Source: Candidatus Atelocyanobacterium thalassa isolate ALOHA (GTDB lineage Bacteria > Cyanobacteriota > Cyanobacteriia > Cyanobacteriales > Microcystaceae). From it: 32,000 nucleotides of DNA. Positions 9,322 to 18,124 of this stretch are shown one piece after another. The position numbers and the translations under genes were made by a program. The DNA lies in the NCBI RefSeq assembly GCF_000025125.1, contig NC_013771.1:210001-242000 (forward strand). The letters run 5' to 3'. The notes beneath the pieces are model-generated. The model saw only the letters and a program-made list of their open reading frames with translations. It did no database searches and was not told the DNA's origin. Position 1 is the stretch's first letter; every line of letters begins with the position of its first letter.

Positions 9322-9654
9322 ATGCAAAAAACAAGACTTAATACTTTGTATGAAACAATATATAATAACTTAAGCCGAACTTTTAGTAATCCTTGGCGTA
9401 ATTTATTTTTAAATTTCACTAGTATTCTTGTAGGTTTTTTTATTGGCCAGGCTATTGCACTTATTGCAGGACAAGAGTCTTACTGGGAAATTACAGTTGG
9501 AATAATTTTACTAGTATTTACTGAAGTGAGTAGTAAAATTATCTATGGCAGAAAAAGAACCAAGAAAAAAATATTGTGGCTAGAAACCTTTAACTTTTTC
9601 AAGATGGGTATTGTTTATAGTCTTTATATAGAAGCTTTAAAACTTGGATCTTAG
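9322..9654 (+). CDS. Ycf20-like (DUF565) small membrane protein
   Basis: 110-aa ORF with an ATG start and two TM segments. The NPWRN...LVGFFIGQAIALIAGQ...LLVFTE pattern matches Ycf20/DUF565 as I recall it. Confidence 0.65.
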   Translation: MQKTRLNTLYETIYNNLSRTFSNPWRNLFLNFTSILVGFFIGQAIALIAGQESYWEITVGIILLVFTEVSSKIIYGRKRTKKKILWLETFNFFKMGIVYSLYIEALKLGS

Positions 9655-9940
9655 CTAAGTTTTTTAATTAGAATAGTTACAAAAATTGTTAATTTTCATA
9701 TAAAAATTAATTTAAGCAAGTTTTGTATAATAGATAGAAGAAAAATTATTTAGTATATGAACCTTAACTATCTTATATATAATTTTTTATTCTTAAATTA
9801 GAATCTTCATTTAGAATTTATTGAAAAAAATATAGTATTACTTGCATGCTGGAATAATCAATTTGATTTAGTGGAATTTATATGTAATAAGACTGAATTA
9901 AATTTAATTTAACAAAAATAATAATTATTTAATTAAATTT

Positions 9941-10852
9941 ATGAAAAAATCTTCAGTGATAGGAATCGACCTTGGTGGAACCTATATTAAAATTGGACAA
10001 TTTCTTGAGAATGGATTATGTATTAACTTCTCAACAATAGAAACTCCCAGACCTGCTACTCCTGAAGCTGTAGTTACAGCTATTACACAGATAGTTAAAG
10101 TTTTAAAAAAAGATTGTGATTCTATAGCTTTAGGGGTCGGAATACCTGGACCAGTAGATTGTACTAATAGAATTTCTAAAATAGCTATAAATTTATCAAA
10201 CTGGAAGAACGTTTCTTTAGCAGACCTATTGGAAAAACATACTCAATTACCTACAGTTATCGAGAATGATGCTAATTGTGCAGGTTTAGGAGAAGCTTGG
10301 TTAGGTGCAGGAAAAATCTACAAGAATTTAATAATGTTAACTTTAGGGACTGGAGTTGGAGGAGCAATTATTCTTGATGATCAGCTATTTACAGGACATT
10401 TAGGAACCGCAGGAGAGTTGGGATTAATCACCTTAGATTTTAATGGCCCTATCTGTAAAAGTGGTAATAGAGGATCACTAGAACAATTTGGTTCAATTCA
10501 AGCAATTCGTCGTATGACAGGCAAGGATCCAGCCGAACTTGGCTCTTTAGCTAAGGAAGGACACAAGGAAGCTATTCTTTTCTGGGAAAAATACGGACAA
10601 TTACTAGGAGCAGGGTTAGCAAATATAATTTATATATTAACTCCAGAAGCAATAGTTATAGGTGGTGGAATTAGTGGCAGCATGCCTTTTTTCCTCGAAG
10701 CTACTTTAAAAGAAATTGAGCAACGTGTTTTGCCAACTTCTCGTACGAATCTTAAATTATTAGAGGCAAAATTAGGAAATAAGGCAGGTATGCTTGGTGC
10801 TGCTAAACTTGCCTGGAATCTTGTTAACAACATCAGCAATAAGTTTAATTAG
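9941..10852 (+). CDS. glk: ROK-family glucokinase
   Basis: 303-aa ORF with an ATG start. It has the N-terminal ATP-binding motif GIDLGGT, the ENDANCAGLGE motif and the GTGVGGAII motif of ROK/ASKHA sugar kinases. Confidence 0.85.
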   Translation: MKKSSVIGIDLGGTYIKIGQFLENGLCINFSTIETPRPATPEAVVTAITQIVKVLKKDCDSIALGVGIPGPVDCTNRISKIAINLSNWKNVSLADLLEKHTQLPTVIENDANCAGLGEAWLGAGKIYKNLIMLTLGTGVGGAIILDDQLFTGHLGTAGELGLITLDFNGPICKSGNRGSLEQFGSIQAIRRMTGKDPAELGSLAKEGHKEAILFWEKYGQLLGAGLANIIYILTPEAIVIGGGISGSMPFFLEATLKEIEQRVLPTSRTNLKLLEAKLGNKAGMLGAAKLAWNLVNNISNKFN

Positions 10853-10866
10853 TGTTATTGAAAGCT

Positions 10867-12480
10867 TTACTCAAAGATGTTGTCTGAGAATTTTGATACT
10901 TTCGTTGTTTTTTTATCAAGTAAGTTAAATAACTTTTTACAAGCAATTTCTTGACTCTCTTTTATCTGTCCATAGGAAAGTATCCAAGGTAATTGTTGGG
11001 CTATATTCATTTTTGTAAACCAATTTAGTACATATGGACTTCCATAAATAATCAAACCTTGAAGAAGAGAAGTAGAAAATAATTTTAAATAAACTTCTTT
11101 AGATGCATCACATAAACCTGCACTTGCTCGAAAAGGATTACCTCGTGCAAAGATTTGTAATAGTGTTAGATAGTTATCATCTAAAATACTTTGAAAATTA
11201 GTAGATTCTACTATTTGAAGATCATAACCTAGAGATTTAGGTATAGTTATTCCAGGAGATTGCTGAATTAAGAAAGGCATACTAAGTAAATCATCAACTA
11301 CTATTAGATTACGTTTCTTGATTTTTACAATTGTTTTTAATGGTAGTTTCGAGCTTGTTCTTATAGAGTTATAAATGATATTAGTTACGGCTTTTTTAGT
11401 CTTCTTGTTTGATAAAGTATAAACCGAATCAATATTGTTTTTATAATTACATATTTTATTTTTTGCTTTCCAAATCTTATCAAGAGATTGATCGATTGTT
11501 TCTATTTCTAGCTCTCCAGATATAACTGAATCGTAAATAGCTTTTATAGTATTCTCTGGATCATCTGGCATTAATAATACATTAGCACCAGCTTTAATAG
11601 CTCTAATAGCTATTTCTTTAGGAGAAAAATATTTTGATATTCCTCCCATCATTAATGCATCTGTAATAATTAATCCTTTAAAGTTAAGCTTTTCCCTTAA
11701 TTGTTTAGTTAAAATTTTCTTAGATAAAGTTGCTGGATTTTCTCTATCCCAAGCATTAATTAAAATATGGGCGCTCATTATACTATCAATTTTCAAACTA
11801 ATCGCTTCTTTAAAAGGAACTAGTTCTAAATTGTTTAATCTTTTAGAATCATGATTAATTACAGGGAGTTCAATATGAGAATCATTACTCGTGTTACCGT
11901 GGCCTGGAAAATGTTTAGCTGTTGTTAATATAGGATGGTTTTTTGCACCTTTAATAAAAGCTTTGGCTAATTGAGATACTACATCAGGAGTTTCGCCAAA
12001 AGAGCGAATATTAATGACGGGATTGTTTGGATTATTATTGATATCAACTATTGGTGCTAACATCCAATTAATTCCGATAGATAACGCTTCTTCTGCTATC
12101 ATCTCTCCCATACTATAAGCTAGCTTAGTAGCAGTTTTTAAATCATGTTTTGCAATTTCTCCCAGGGCCATTGGAGGTGGAAAATGGGTTCCCCCTGAAA
12201 AACGTTGGCCTACACCTTCTTCAATATCTGCAGCAATAAACAACGGAATATTTGATAGTTTTTGAAGTTGTCTAGTTCTTAGTGTTATTTCTCCAGCACT
12301 TCCTCCTAATAAAATTACTCCACCTATATTTAAGGTGTTTAACCAACTAAATAATTTATCATTAGAAACTTCCCAGGCTGGATAACGTATTTCGTGATCA
12401 AATAAGCAACCAGAAGCACGGACGATAATCATTTGTCCGATTTTTTGTCTCAAAGTGAATTTTGTCCAATCGGGTAGCAA
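10867..12480 (-). CDS. glycoside hydrolase family 3 protein (NagZ-like beta-N-acetylhexosaminidase domain with a C-terminal extension)
   Basis: 537-aa ORF. It has the GH3 motifs KHFPGHG and GLIITDAL and the N-terminal LRQKIGQMIIV. The start codon at 12480 is TTG and no ATG lies upstream of the conserved N-terminus. Confidence 0.8.
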   Translation of the reverse strand: MLPDWTKFTLRQKIGQMIIVRASGCLFDHEIRYPAWEVSNDKLFSWLNTLNIGGVILLGGSAGEITLRTRQLQKLSNIPLFIAADIEEGVGQRFSGGTHFPPPMALGEIAKHDLKTATKLAYSMGEMIAEEALSIGINWMLAPIVDINNNPNNPVINIRSFGETPDVVSQLAKAFIKGAKNHPILTTAKHFPGHGNTSNDSHIELPVINHDSKRLNNLELVPFKEAISLKIDSIMSAHILINAWDRENPATLSKKILTKQLREKLNFKGLIITDALMMGGISKYFSPKEIAIRAIKAGANVLLMPDDPENTIKAIYDSVISGELEIETIDQSLDKIWKAKNKICNYKNNIDSVYTLSNKKTKKAVTNIIYNSIRTSSKLPLKTIVKIKKRNLIVVDDLLSMPFLIQQSPGITIPKSLGYDLQIVESTNFQSILDDNYLTLLQIFARGNPFRASAGLCDASKEVYLKLFSTSLLQGLIIYGSPYVLNWFTKMNIAQQLPWILSYGQIKESQEIACKKLFNLLDKKTTKVSKFSDNIFE

Positions 12481-12510
12481 AAAAACCTCAAAAGCTTATT
12501 AAAGTTATAA

Positions 12511-12897
12511 CTATTTTAATGGAGAAGGGTCTTGTTCAGTTACATTGATATCTTTGAGTTCGCTTAGCAAATATAACATTTCATTTCCTTTCTCAATACC
12601 GTAATCTTGGAAAAATTTTACATCTGGAGCTCGCCTTAGTCGTATACGCTGTGCAAGTTCTTTCCTGACATAACCTTCTGAAGACTTAAGCCCTTGCATT
12701 GTTTCAAATTGTACTTCTTCAGTGCCATAGATACTTACGAAGATTTTAACATGTTGTAAATCTCCTGACAAATCCACGTTAGTTATACTAATCATGCCGG
12801 CTCCTACTCGATCATCTTTTATATCAAAGAGAAGCATGTTGGAAATTTCACGTTTAATTAATGAGGAGATACGAGATACTCGACGACTATTAGCCAT
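12511..12897 (-). CDS. rbfA: ribosome-binding factor A
   Basis: 128-aa ORF with an ATG start. The N-terminus [19 protein letters not shown] and the [18 protein letters not shown] segment are typical of RbfA. Confidence 0.85.
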   Translation of the reverse strand: MANSRRVSRISSLIKREISNMLLFDIKDDRVGAGMISITNVDLSGDLQHVKIFVSIYGTEEVQFETMQGLKSSEGYVRKELAQRIRLRRAPDVKFFQDYGIEKGNEMLYLLSELKDINVTEQDPSPLK

Positions 12898-13046
12898 ATT
12901 GATCTTCTATTATCTGTAATAAATAATATCCAGTTTGTCACAAATAAAACTGTTTATATTGTACTTGTAACATAGCATATTAAAGTTGCATATCATCCAA
13001 TTCACAATGTTGCTATGTTTATTTCTATATCTGATAAATAGATGAC

Positions 13047-13265
13047 TTACCCTCCACCTACTATAGTTACAACTTCTAAATTATCTCCTGTTTTTAGAAA
13101 AGTATTCTCCCAGTACTCTTTATGTAAAATTTCTCCATTATATTCAATAACTACTAAATATGGATTAAATTGCATTTCTTCTAAAAATTGCGGCAAATTC
13201 ATTTGAGATATGAATTTTTTAGGTTTTCCATTAACTTGTAAGGTTATCGTTTCGATGTTATTCAT
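13047..13265 (-). CDS. thiS: thiamine biosynthesis sulfur-carrier protein ThiS
   Basis: 72-aa ORF ending in GGG (C-terminal Gly-Gly of ThiS/MoaD ubiquitin-like carriers). It lies downstream of thiE on the same strand. Confidence 0.8.
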   Translation of the reverse strand: MNNIETITLQVNGKPKKFISQMNLPQFLEEMQFNPYLVVIEYNGEILHKEYWENTFLKTGDNLEVVTIVGGG

Positions 13266-13412
13266 AAATAATTTTATATTTATTGTTAGAAGCTTATGGA
13301 ATCATAACAAATAATTAAATTCACTATACTACATAACATTTATAAATTTATACATATTATTTTTTGAATCTTTAACCCATCTATAAAGTTTGGTTATATA
13401 TCTTTGTTAGGA

Positions 13413-14429
13413 TTAAGATAAGTAATTTTTTAAAAGGAACTTTGTCATCTCCTCAGGATTATCTGCTTCCATAATCAAGCGAATTACAGCTACTTGCTTC
13501 ACCCCTAAGTCAGTAATATTCTTAATGTTATCAATATTAATTCCTCCAATAGCAAACCAAGGAATAGTACATTTATTAATTACATAGTCCAAATAGTCCG
13601 ACTGAATTGTTTCCTTTTCTGGTTTATTAGGTGTTGGATATATAGGTCCAACACCTATATAATCTGCCCCTTCTTCTATTGCTTTCTCCATTTCCAAAGG
13701 ATTTGTTGTTGAACACCCGATAATTTTTTGAGGACCAATTATTTCTCTTGCTATTTTAATTGAAATATCTTCTTGTCCTATGTGTACTCCATCAGCATTG
13801 ATAGCTAATGCAATATCAACTCTATCATTCATAATAAATAAAGCATCATATTGATGACACAACTCACAAAGTTTTCTTGCTACTTTTATATAAGAACTAT
13901 CACTTATATTTTTTTCTCTATATTGTAATATTTGTAATCCACCTTTTAAAGATGACTCAACTACACTAAACAAGTTTTTTATAGGTGAAGTAATTAGGTA
14001 TATTGATGCTTTACAGAGTTGTTTGTGATTTGAGTATCTTATTAAAGAACTTTCTAATATATAAACCTCATAACGAATTTTTTTAAAAGATTTTCCCATT
14101 TTGCTATCGTAAAGTTTTCCATACTCTTCCAATACTCTTAGAGCTTCTTGAACACGGCATAAATTAGCCTGTAAAAGCTCTTCAACATTATTTTTCACTT
14201 CTTCTTTTGGATGTGATAAATCTATTCCTGGATCATTTTCAGTATTTCTTGATAAGCGCAACTCATAAGTATGCCAAAGAGCAAGCTCTTGTCGTATGTC
14301 TTTGCAAGTTTTAGCTAAGTGACCTTTTTTAATGCCAAAACGACACCATTCTTCTATAACTCTTATTCCTTCCCTAGCTCTATCTAAATTGGCATCTAGA
14401 ATTTGAGAAATTAAAAAATTATTATTCAT
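13413..14429 (-). CDS. thiE: thiamine-phosphate synthase with a roughly 130-aa N-terminal extension
   Basis: 338-aa ORF with an ATG start. The C-terminal two thirds carry ThiE-type TIM-barrel motifs (LYLITSP-like start, ILQYREK, GVHIGQED, YIGVGPIYPT, FAIGGI). Confidence 0.85.
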   Translation of the reverse strand: MNNNFLISQILDANLDRAREGIRVIEEWCRFGIKKGHLAKTCKDIRQELALWHTYELRLSRNTENDPGIDLSHPKEEVKNNVEELLQANLCRVQEALRVLEEYGKLYDSKMGKSFKKIRYEVYILESSLIRYSNHKQLCKASIYLITSPIKNLFSVVESSLKGGLQILQYREKNISDSSYIKVARKLCELCHQYDALFIMNDRVDIALAINADGVHIGQEDISIKIAREIIGPQKIIGCSTTNPLEMEKAIEEGADYIGVGPIYPTPNKPEKETIQSDYLDYVINKCTIPWFAIGGINIDNIKNITDLGVKQVAVIRLIMEADNPEEMTKFLLKNYLS

Positions 14430-14473
14430 TGTATATTTCCTAGTTTCAAATAATTATATATTTCTAAACTTAA

Positions 14474-14517
14474 GATAGAAAGGGCACACTGTTTTCTAAC
14501 AATGTACCCTTTCTGTC
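14474..14517 (-). terminator. hairpin downstream of tal with a GGG/CCC-containing stem (core arms 14477-14493 / 14498-14514)
   Basis: 17-bp core stem with a 4-nt loop. Its two mismatches are C-A on the plus strand but G-U in minus-strand RNA. On the minus strand it is followed by UCUUAAGUUU. Confidence 0.55.
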
Positions 14518-14534
14518 TTAATGATTGTCTTTAG

Positions 14535-14583
14535 TTTCATTTCTATTGCTAAAAATAATCTATTTTCAGCAACAGAAATGAAA
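14535..14583 (-). terminator. second hairpin directly after the tal stop (arms 14535-14557 / 14561-14583, 3-nt loop)
   Basis: 23-bp stem with two mismatches. Both become G-U wobble pairs only in the minus-strand transcript. It lies 28 nt downstream of the tal stop codon. Confidence 0.5.
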
Positions 14584-14610
14584 TTACTATTTACAACACC
14601 TAGAACTTAA

Positions 14611-15591
14611 CTATTTCTCAATATGCGCTAATCTCGTTTTAAGCATTTCTTCAAGAGACTCTAATGCTTGTGTAAACCCTTTAATTCCTTCATCGAGCTT
14701 ATCATAAGCCATTTGATTTTCCTTATGCATCTTATCAAAAGTAGCTTTATCGATAGAGATTTTTTCAAGATTCATACTTGTAGCTTTATTTGGGTCAAGC
14801 TTACGTAGTAATTTATCATCAGTAGATTTTAATTCTTCTAGAAGTTTAGGAGAAATAGTTAATAAATCACATCCTGCTAATTCGCGAATTTCTCCAACAT
14901 TTCTGAAACTTGCTCCCATAACCTCAGTTTTATAACCAAACTTTTTGTAGTAATTATATATTTGAGCTACTGAGATTACTCCAGGGTCTTCTGAAGAAGA
15001 ATAATCTTCTCCTGTATTTTTTTTGTACCAATCTAGAATTCTCCCAACAAAAGGAGAAATTAAAGTAATATTCGATTCTGCACAAGCAATTGCTTGATGT
15101 AAACCAAACAATAAAGTTAAATTGCAGTGAATACCTTCTTTCTCTAAGACTTCTGCTGCTTTAATACCTTCCCAAGTAGAAGCAATTTTTATTAAAACAC
15201 GTTTACGAGAAATTCCTGCTTTTTCGTACTCAGAAATTAAAAAATGTGCTTTTTCAATAGTTGCTTCCATATCATATGATAAACGCGCATCAACTTCCGT
15301 AGAGACTCGTCCTGGTATTATTTCAAGAATCTTTAACCCAAAACCTACTGCTAATCTATCAAATGCCAACGTTGTAACATCAGACTCACTTGCGTTTTTA
15401 CCCAATTCTTTTCTTGCAGTTATTAAGGTATTATCTACAATAGATTGGTATTGCGGCATCTGAGCTGCAGCTGTAATCAAAGATGGATTTGTAGTAGCAT
15501 CACGAGGTGTAAAGGTTTCAATAGCTTGAATATCCCCAGTATCGGCTACAACAACTGTAAATTCTTTTAATTGTTCTAATAACGTTCCCAT
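14611..15591 (-). CDS. tal: transaldolase (TalB type)
   Basis: The track ORF opens at a GTG (15609); I prefer the ATG at 15591 ([21 protein letters not shown]...ATTNPSLI, the classical transaldolase N-terminus). The active-site region has [10 protein letters not shown]. Confidence 0.9.
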   Translation of the reverse strand: MGTLLEQLKEFTVVVADTGDIQAIETFTPRDATTNPSLITAAAQMPQYQSIVDNTLITARKELGKNASESDVTTLAFDRLAVGFGLKILEIIPGRVSTEVDARLSYDMEATIEKAHFLISEYEKAGISRKRVLIKIASTWEGIKAAEVLEKEGIHCNLTLLFGLHQAIACAESNITLISPFVGRILDWYKKNTGEDYSSSEDPGVISVAQIYNYYKKFGYKTEVMGASFRNVGEIRELAGCDLLTISPKLLEELKSTDDKLLRKLDPNKATSMNLEKISIDKATFDKMHKENQMAYDKLDEGIKGFTQALESLEEMLKTRLAHIEK

Positions 15592-15824
15592 AATTACTCC
15601 TTCCGACACAAGTGAAAATTCTAAAATTTAAATGGATAACCTCAGTCTAATCAACCTGAATTGTGCTATCTTCTTAACCTTATCAGTTACCCCTTATTTC
15701 AGTAAATAATTTCAGAAATTCCTTAATGATTTAATCTTCTCTTATCTACAGATTATTGAGCAAAATTTCTAAAAAATAAATCAGACATTATTATTCACAA
15801 ACGAAACAAAGCAATGATAATTAT

Positions 15825-16349
15825 TTAAAAATTTTCTCCTTCTGAGCGAGAATTTGTTGAGCCCTGGGGATTTAAAAACAAATTTCCAGCAGCATCATTA
15901 GGATAAATACAGTTAATACTAGGCTTACTTTCAAGAGATCCAACAAAGCCAAAAGTATTCATTCGATTTTTGCAGTCTCTGACTTGCTCTCCTGATATTA
16001 ATCTTTTTTGTTCTAATATGGTCATGTTAGAACGACGTAATACACAACCAGGCTGCATTTGTGGTTGAGTTGCATAAACACTAAAAGGATTTAAAGATAA
16101 GAATATACGCATATCTGTGACAATGGCGCTTGCTCCATACTGTACACAAAGTTCTGGATTGGGAGCACTTTTATCAATAACTTCTCTAGAAACGACATTC
16201 TGTGGATTAAAACTTGCATTAGAAGTTATTCCAATACCTACTCCAATTCCTAATATAAAAGTGCCTCCAAATAAAGCAATTTTACTATAGTTAACATTTG
16301 AAATTATTGATTGTTTTGAAGAATAACGAGAATAAGTTCTGCGAGCCAT
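15825..16349 (-). CDS. DUF3172-like conserved cyanobacterial/plastid-lineage membrane-anchored protein
   Basis: 174-aa ORF with an ATG start and one TM (FGGTFILGIGVGIGI). The cysteine-containing conserved-looking domain (CVQYGASA ... PGCVLR ... DCKNRMNTFGF) matches DUF3172 from memory only. Confidence 0.6.
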   Translation of the reverse strand: MARRTYSRYSSKQSIISNVNYSKIALFGGTFILGIGVGIGITSNASFNPQNVVSREVIDKSAPNPELCVQYGASAIVTDMRIFLSLNPFSVYATQPQMQPGCVLRRSNMTILEQKRLISGEQVRDCKNRMNTFGFVGSLESKPSINCIYPNDAAGNLFLNPQGSTNSRSEGENF

Positions 16350-16517
16350 ATTATTACTAAATTTACTTTGTGTATATTGAGTTTACCTTTCTTTATATCT
16401 AGTTAGAATGAAAAGTGTTATTTATTTCAATTTCTTTATATTTAAAGAAAGAGCCTATCATTTATAGTAATAAATGATTTAAAGTAATTTGAGATATTTT
16501 TGCAATAAACAACAATT

Positions 16518-16898
16518 ATGAAAGCTTTACAGATAATAAAGATAGCTGGAGGAGCAGGTTTAATAGGACTAGGAGTTGTAATGATTGTCACTAATCCTGG
16601 AAAACATGCATATGAAAAGTACGCTACCAAAACTCTTACATCGTATTTAAAACAAGAGGTTTGTTCACAATCATCTGGAGTATTAGGAGGTTTCCTGTCA
16701 GACCACTGTAAAACCCTTGTAGATATAGGTAAGACTAACATTCATAAAGTTATTTCAAACAAAACTGTTCGTCAAAATTATTTACTATTTAGTATTTACG
16801 AAACTGAATTATTATTACCTCCTCCAATTTCTAATTATGAGTTTGAAACTATTGGAATATTTCAAAAATTTTATACTTATCAAGCTGATAAATTCTAG
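16518..16898 (+). CDS. DUF4359-like small membrane-anchored protein
   Basis: 126-aa ORF with an ATG start and an N-terminal TM (GGAGLIGLGVVMIV). The NPGKHAYEKYA ... LFSIYETEL ... FETIGIFQKFYTY pattern matches a conserved cyanobacterial family as I recall it. Confidence 0.6.
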   Translation: MKALQIIKIAGGAGLIGLGVVMIVTNPGKHAYEKYATKTLTSYLKQEVCSQSSGVLGGFLSDHCKTLVDIGKTNIHKVISNKTVRQNYLLFSIYETELLLPPPISNYEFETIGIFQKFYTYQADKF

Positions 16899-17243
16899 AT
16901 TGGATGTTCACAATTAGTAATTATTTATATATTTTGCCTACTTAGATGTATAAATGTTGTTTTCATGTTTTTTATCTTAGAGAAAACATGACGCTTTAAT
17001 ACAAAATAAAATTACATTGATTAATTTTCAAAATATATATTTTTTGAACTTCTATGTAAATGAAACCGTCTAGGAAGTAGTTTGAATAATATTTTTTCTA
17101 TCGTTATACTTATTCAAAATTTCAAAAAACATAAAAATAAATAATTTTAGTAATCGTTCTAAAGGTGATTCCTTTATATCATCAAAAAATAGATGATATA
17201 AATTTCTAAACTTATATTTAATATTGTGAGATCAAATTAAAAT

Positions 17244-18026
17244 ATGATTCCTCAAGCAGCAAATGCAATAGAAACCTTGATAAATCTAGCCCAACAGGGA
17301 GAAATTGATCCTTGGGATGTTCAAGTAATTGAAGTAGTTGATCGTTTTCTCAATGAGATAGAAAATACTCAACAGTCTGATAAAGTTTTTCAGCAAACTA
17401 CATTGCCAAAATCAGGACAAGCTTTTCTATGGGCATCTATGTTAGTTCGCTTCAAAGCTGATACGCTTGATAGACTTCATTCGCAAAGCTTTACACAAGA
17501 AGAAGATTTCAATGAAGTTGACAATATTGAAGAAGATATTGTTAAAAAACAATTATTACGACCAGACTTAGAAAAGTATCTACGTCGTCGCAATGCAGCA
17601 TTACCAACACGTAAGCGTAAAGTAAATTTACAAGAGTTAATTAGTTATATTGAAGAATTCGCAGAGGAATTAGAAGTATCAAAACCTTCTAAAAAACCTC
17701 AAAAAACACCTCGTGCTTATTCACAGAGGGAAGCTACAAAAATGGTTGTTGAGCTTGCACACCAGGAGAATTTAACAGAATTAGCTAAACAATTGGAAAT
17801 TTTTCTTCAAGAAAAATTTCCACAATGTATTCAGAATCAAAAAAAAATTAGTATTGAAGATCTTCTAAGTCAATGGCATAAGGTCTCTAAACCCGTCAAC
17901 AATCCTAAACTAGAAGCTCAAGATAGGGTTGGGATATTTTGGGCTTTACTACTTTTATCATCACAATCTAAAGTTGAGTTATTCCAAGAAGAGCTTTATC
18001 AAAGTTTATATATTCAAGTTTTATAA
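17244..18026 (+). CDS. scpA: segregation and condensation protein A (kleisin)
   Basis: 260-aa ORF with an ATG start. The N-terminal LINLAQQGEIDPWDVQVIEVVDRFL and C-terminal FWALLLLSSQSKVEL are typical of cyanobacterial ScpA. Confidence 0.75.
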   Translation: MIPQAANAIETLINLAQQGEIDPWDVQVIEVVDRFLNEIENTQQSDKVFQQTTLPKSGQAFLWASMLVRFKADTLDRLHSQSFTQEEDFNEVDNIEEDIVKKQLLRPDLEKYLRRRNAALPTRKRKVNLQELISYIEEFAEELEVSKPSKKPQKTPRAYSQREATKMVVELAHQENLTELAKQLEIFLQEKFPQCIQNQKKISIEDLLSQWHKVSKPVNNPKLEAQDRVGIFWALLLLSSQSKVELFQEELYQSLYIQVL

Positions 18027-18124
18027 ATATTTTTTTAAATTCTTATCGAGATTTTTGAAAAGTAAATGCTAAACTAAGCATTGTTGTTTAAAAAAACAAT
18101 GGCAAAGATTGAGGAAAAGTATTC

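Noticed and set aside
8790-9419. Track ORFs 8790-8981(-) and 9168-9419(-)
   Set aside because: They lie antisense to the DUF3611-like and Ycf20-like genes. They have odd composition and no motifs, and the sense-strand ORFs have coherent TM topology.
10630-10839. Track ORF 10630-10839(-), 69 aa
   Set aside because: It lies entirely antisense within the glucokinase gene, which has clear ROK motifs.
12969-13019. Short AT-rich hairpins: 9-bp arms at 12969-12977/13011-13019, 9 bp at 16963-16971/16983-16991, 11 bp at 17173-17183/17192-17202
   Set aside because: Stems of this size are expected by chance in roughly 20% G+C spacers. They may be weak terminators or operators, but the sequence alone does not support a call.
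14430-14610. TPP riboswitch upstream of thiE (and of thiS at 13266-13412)
   Set aside because: I read both strands and found no CUGAGA/ACCUGAUCUGGAUAAUGCCAGCG-like core. The structures present are better explained as tal terminator hairpins.
16442-16741. Track ORF 16442-16741(-), 99 aa
   Set aside because: It overlaps the DUF4359-like plus-strand ORF. Its Cys/Pro-rich, low-complexity translation has no family resemblance, while the plus-strand ORF has a TM anchor and a conserved-looking domain.
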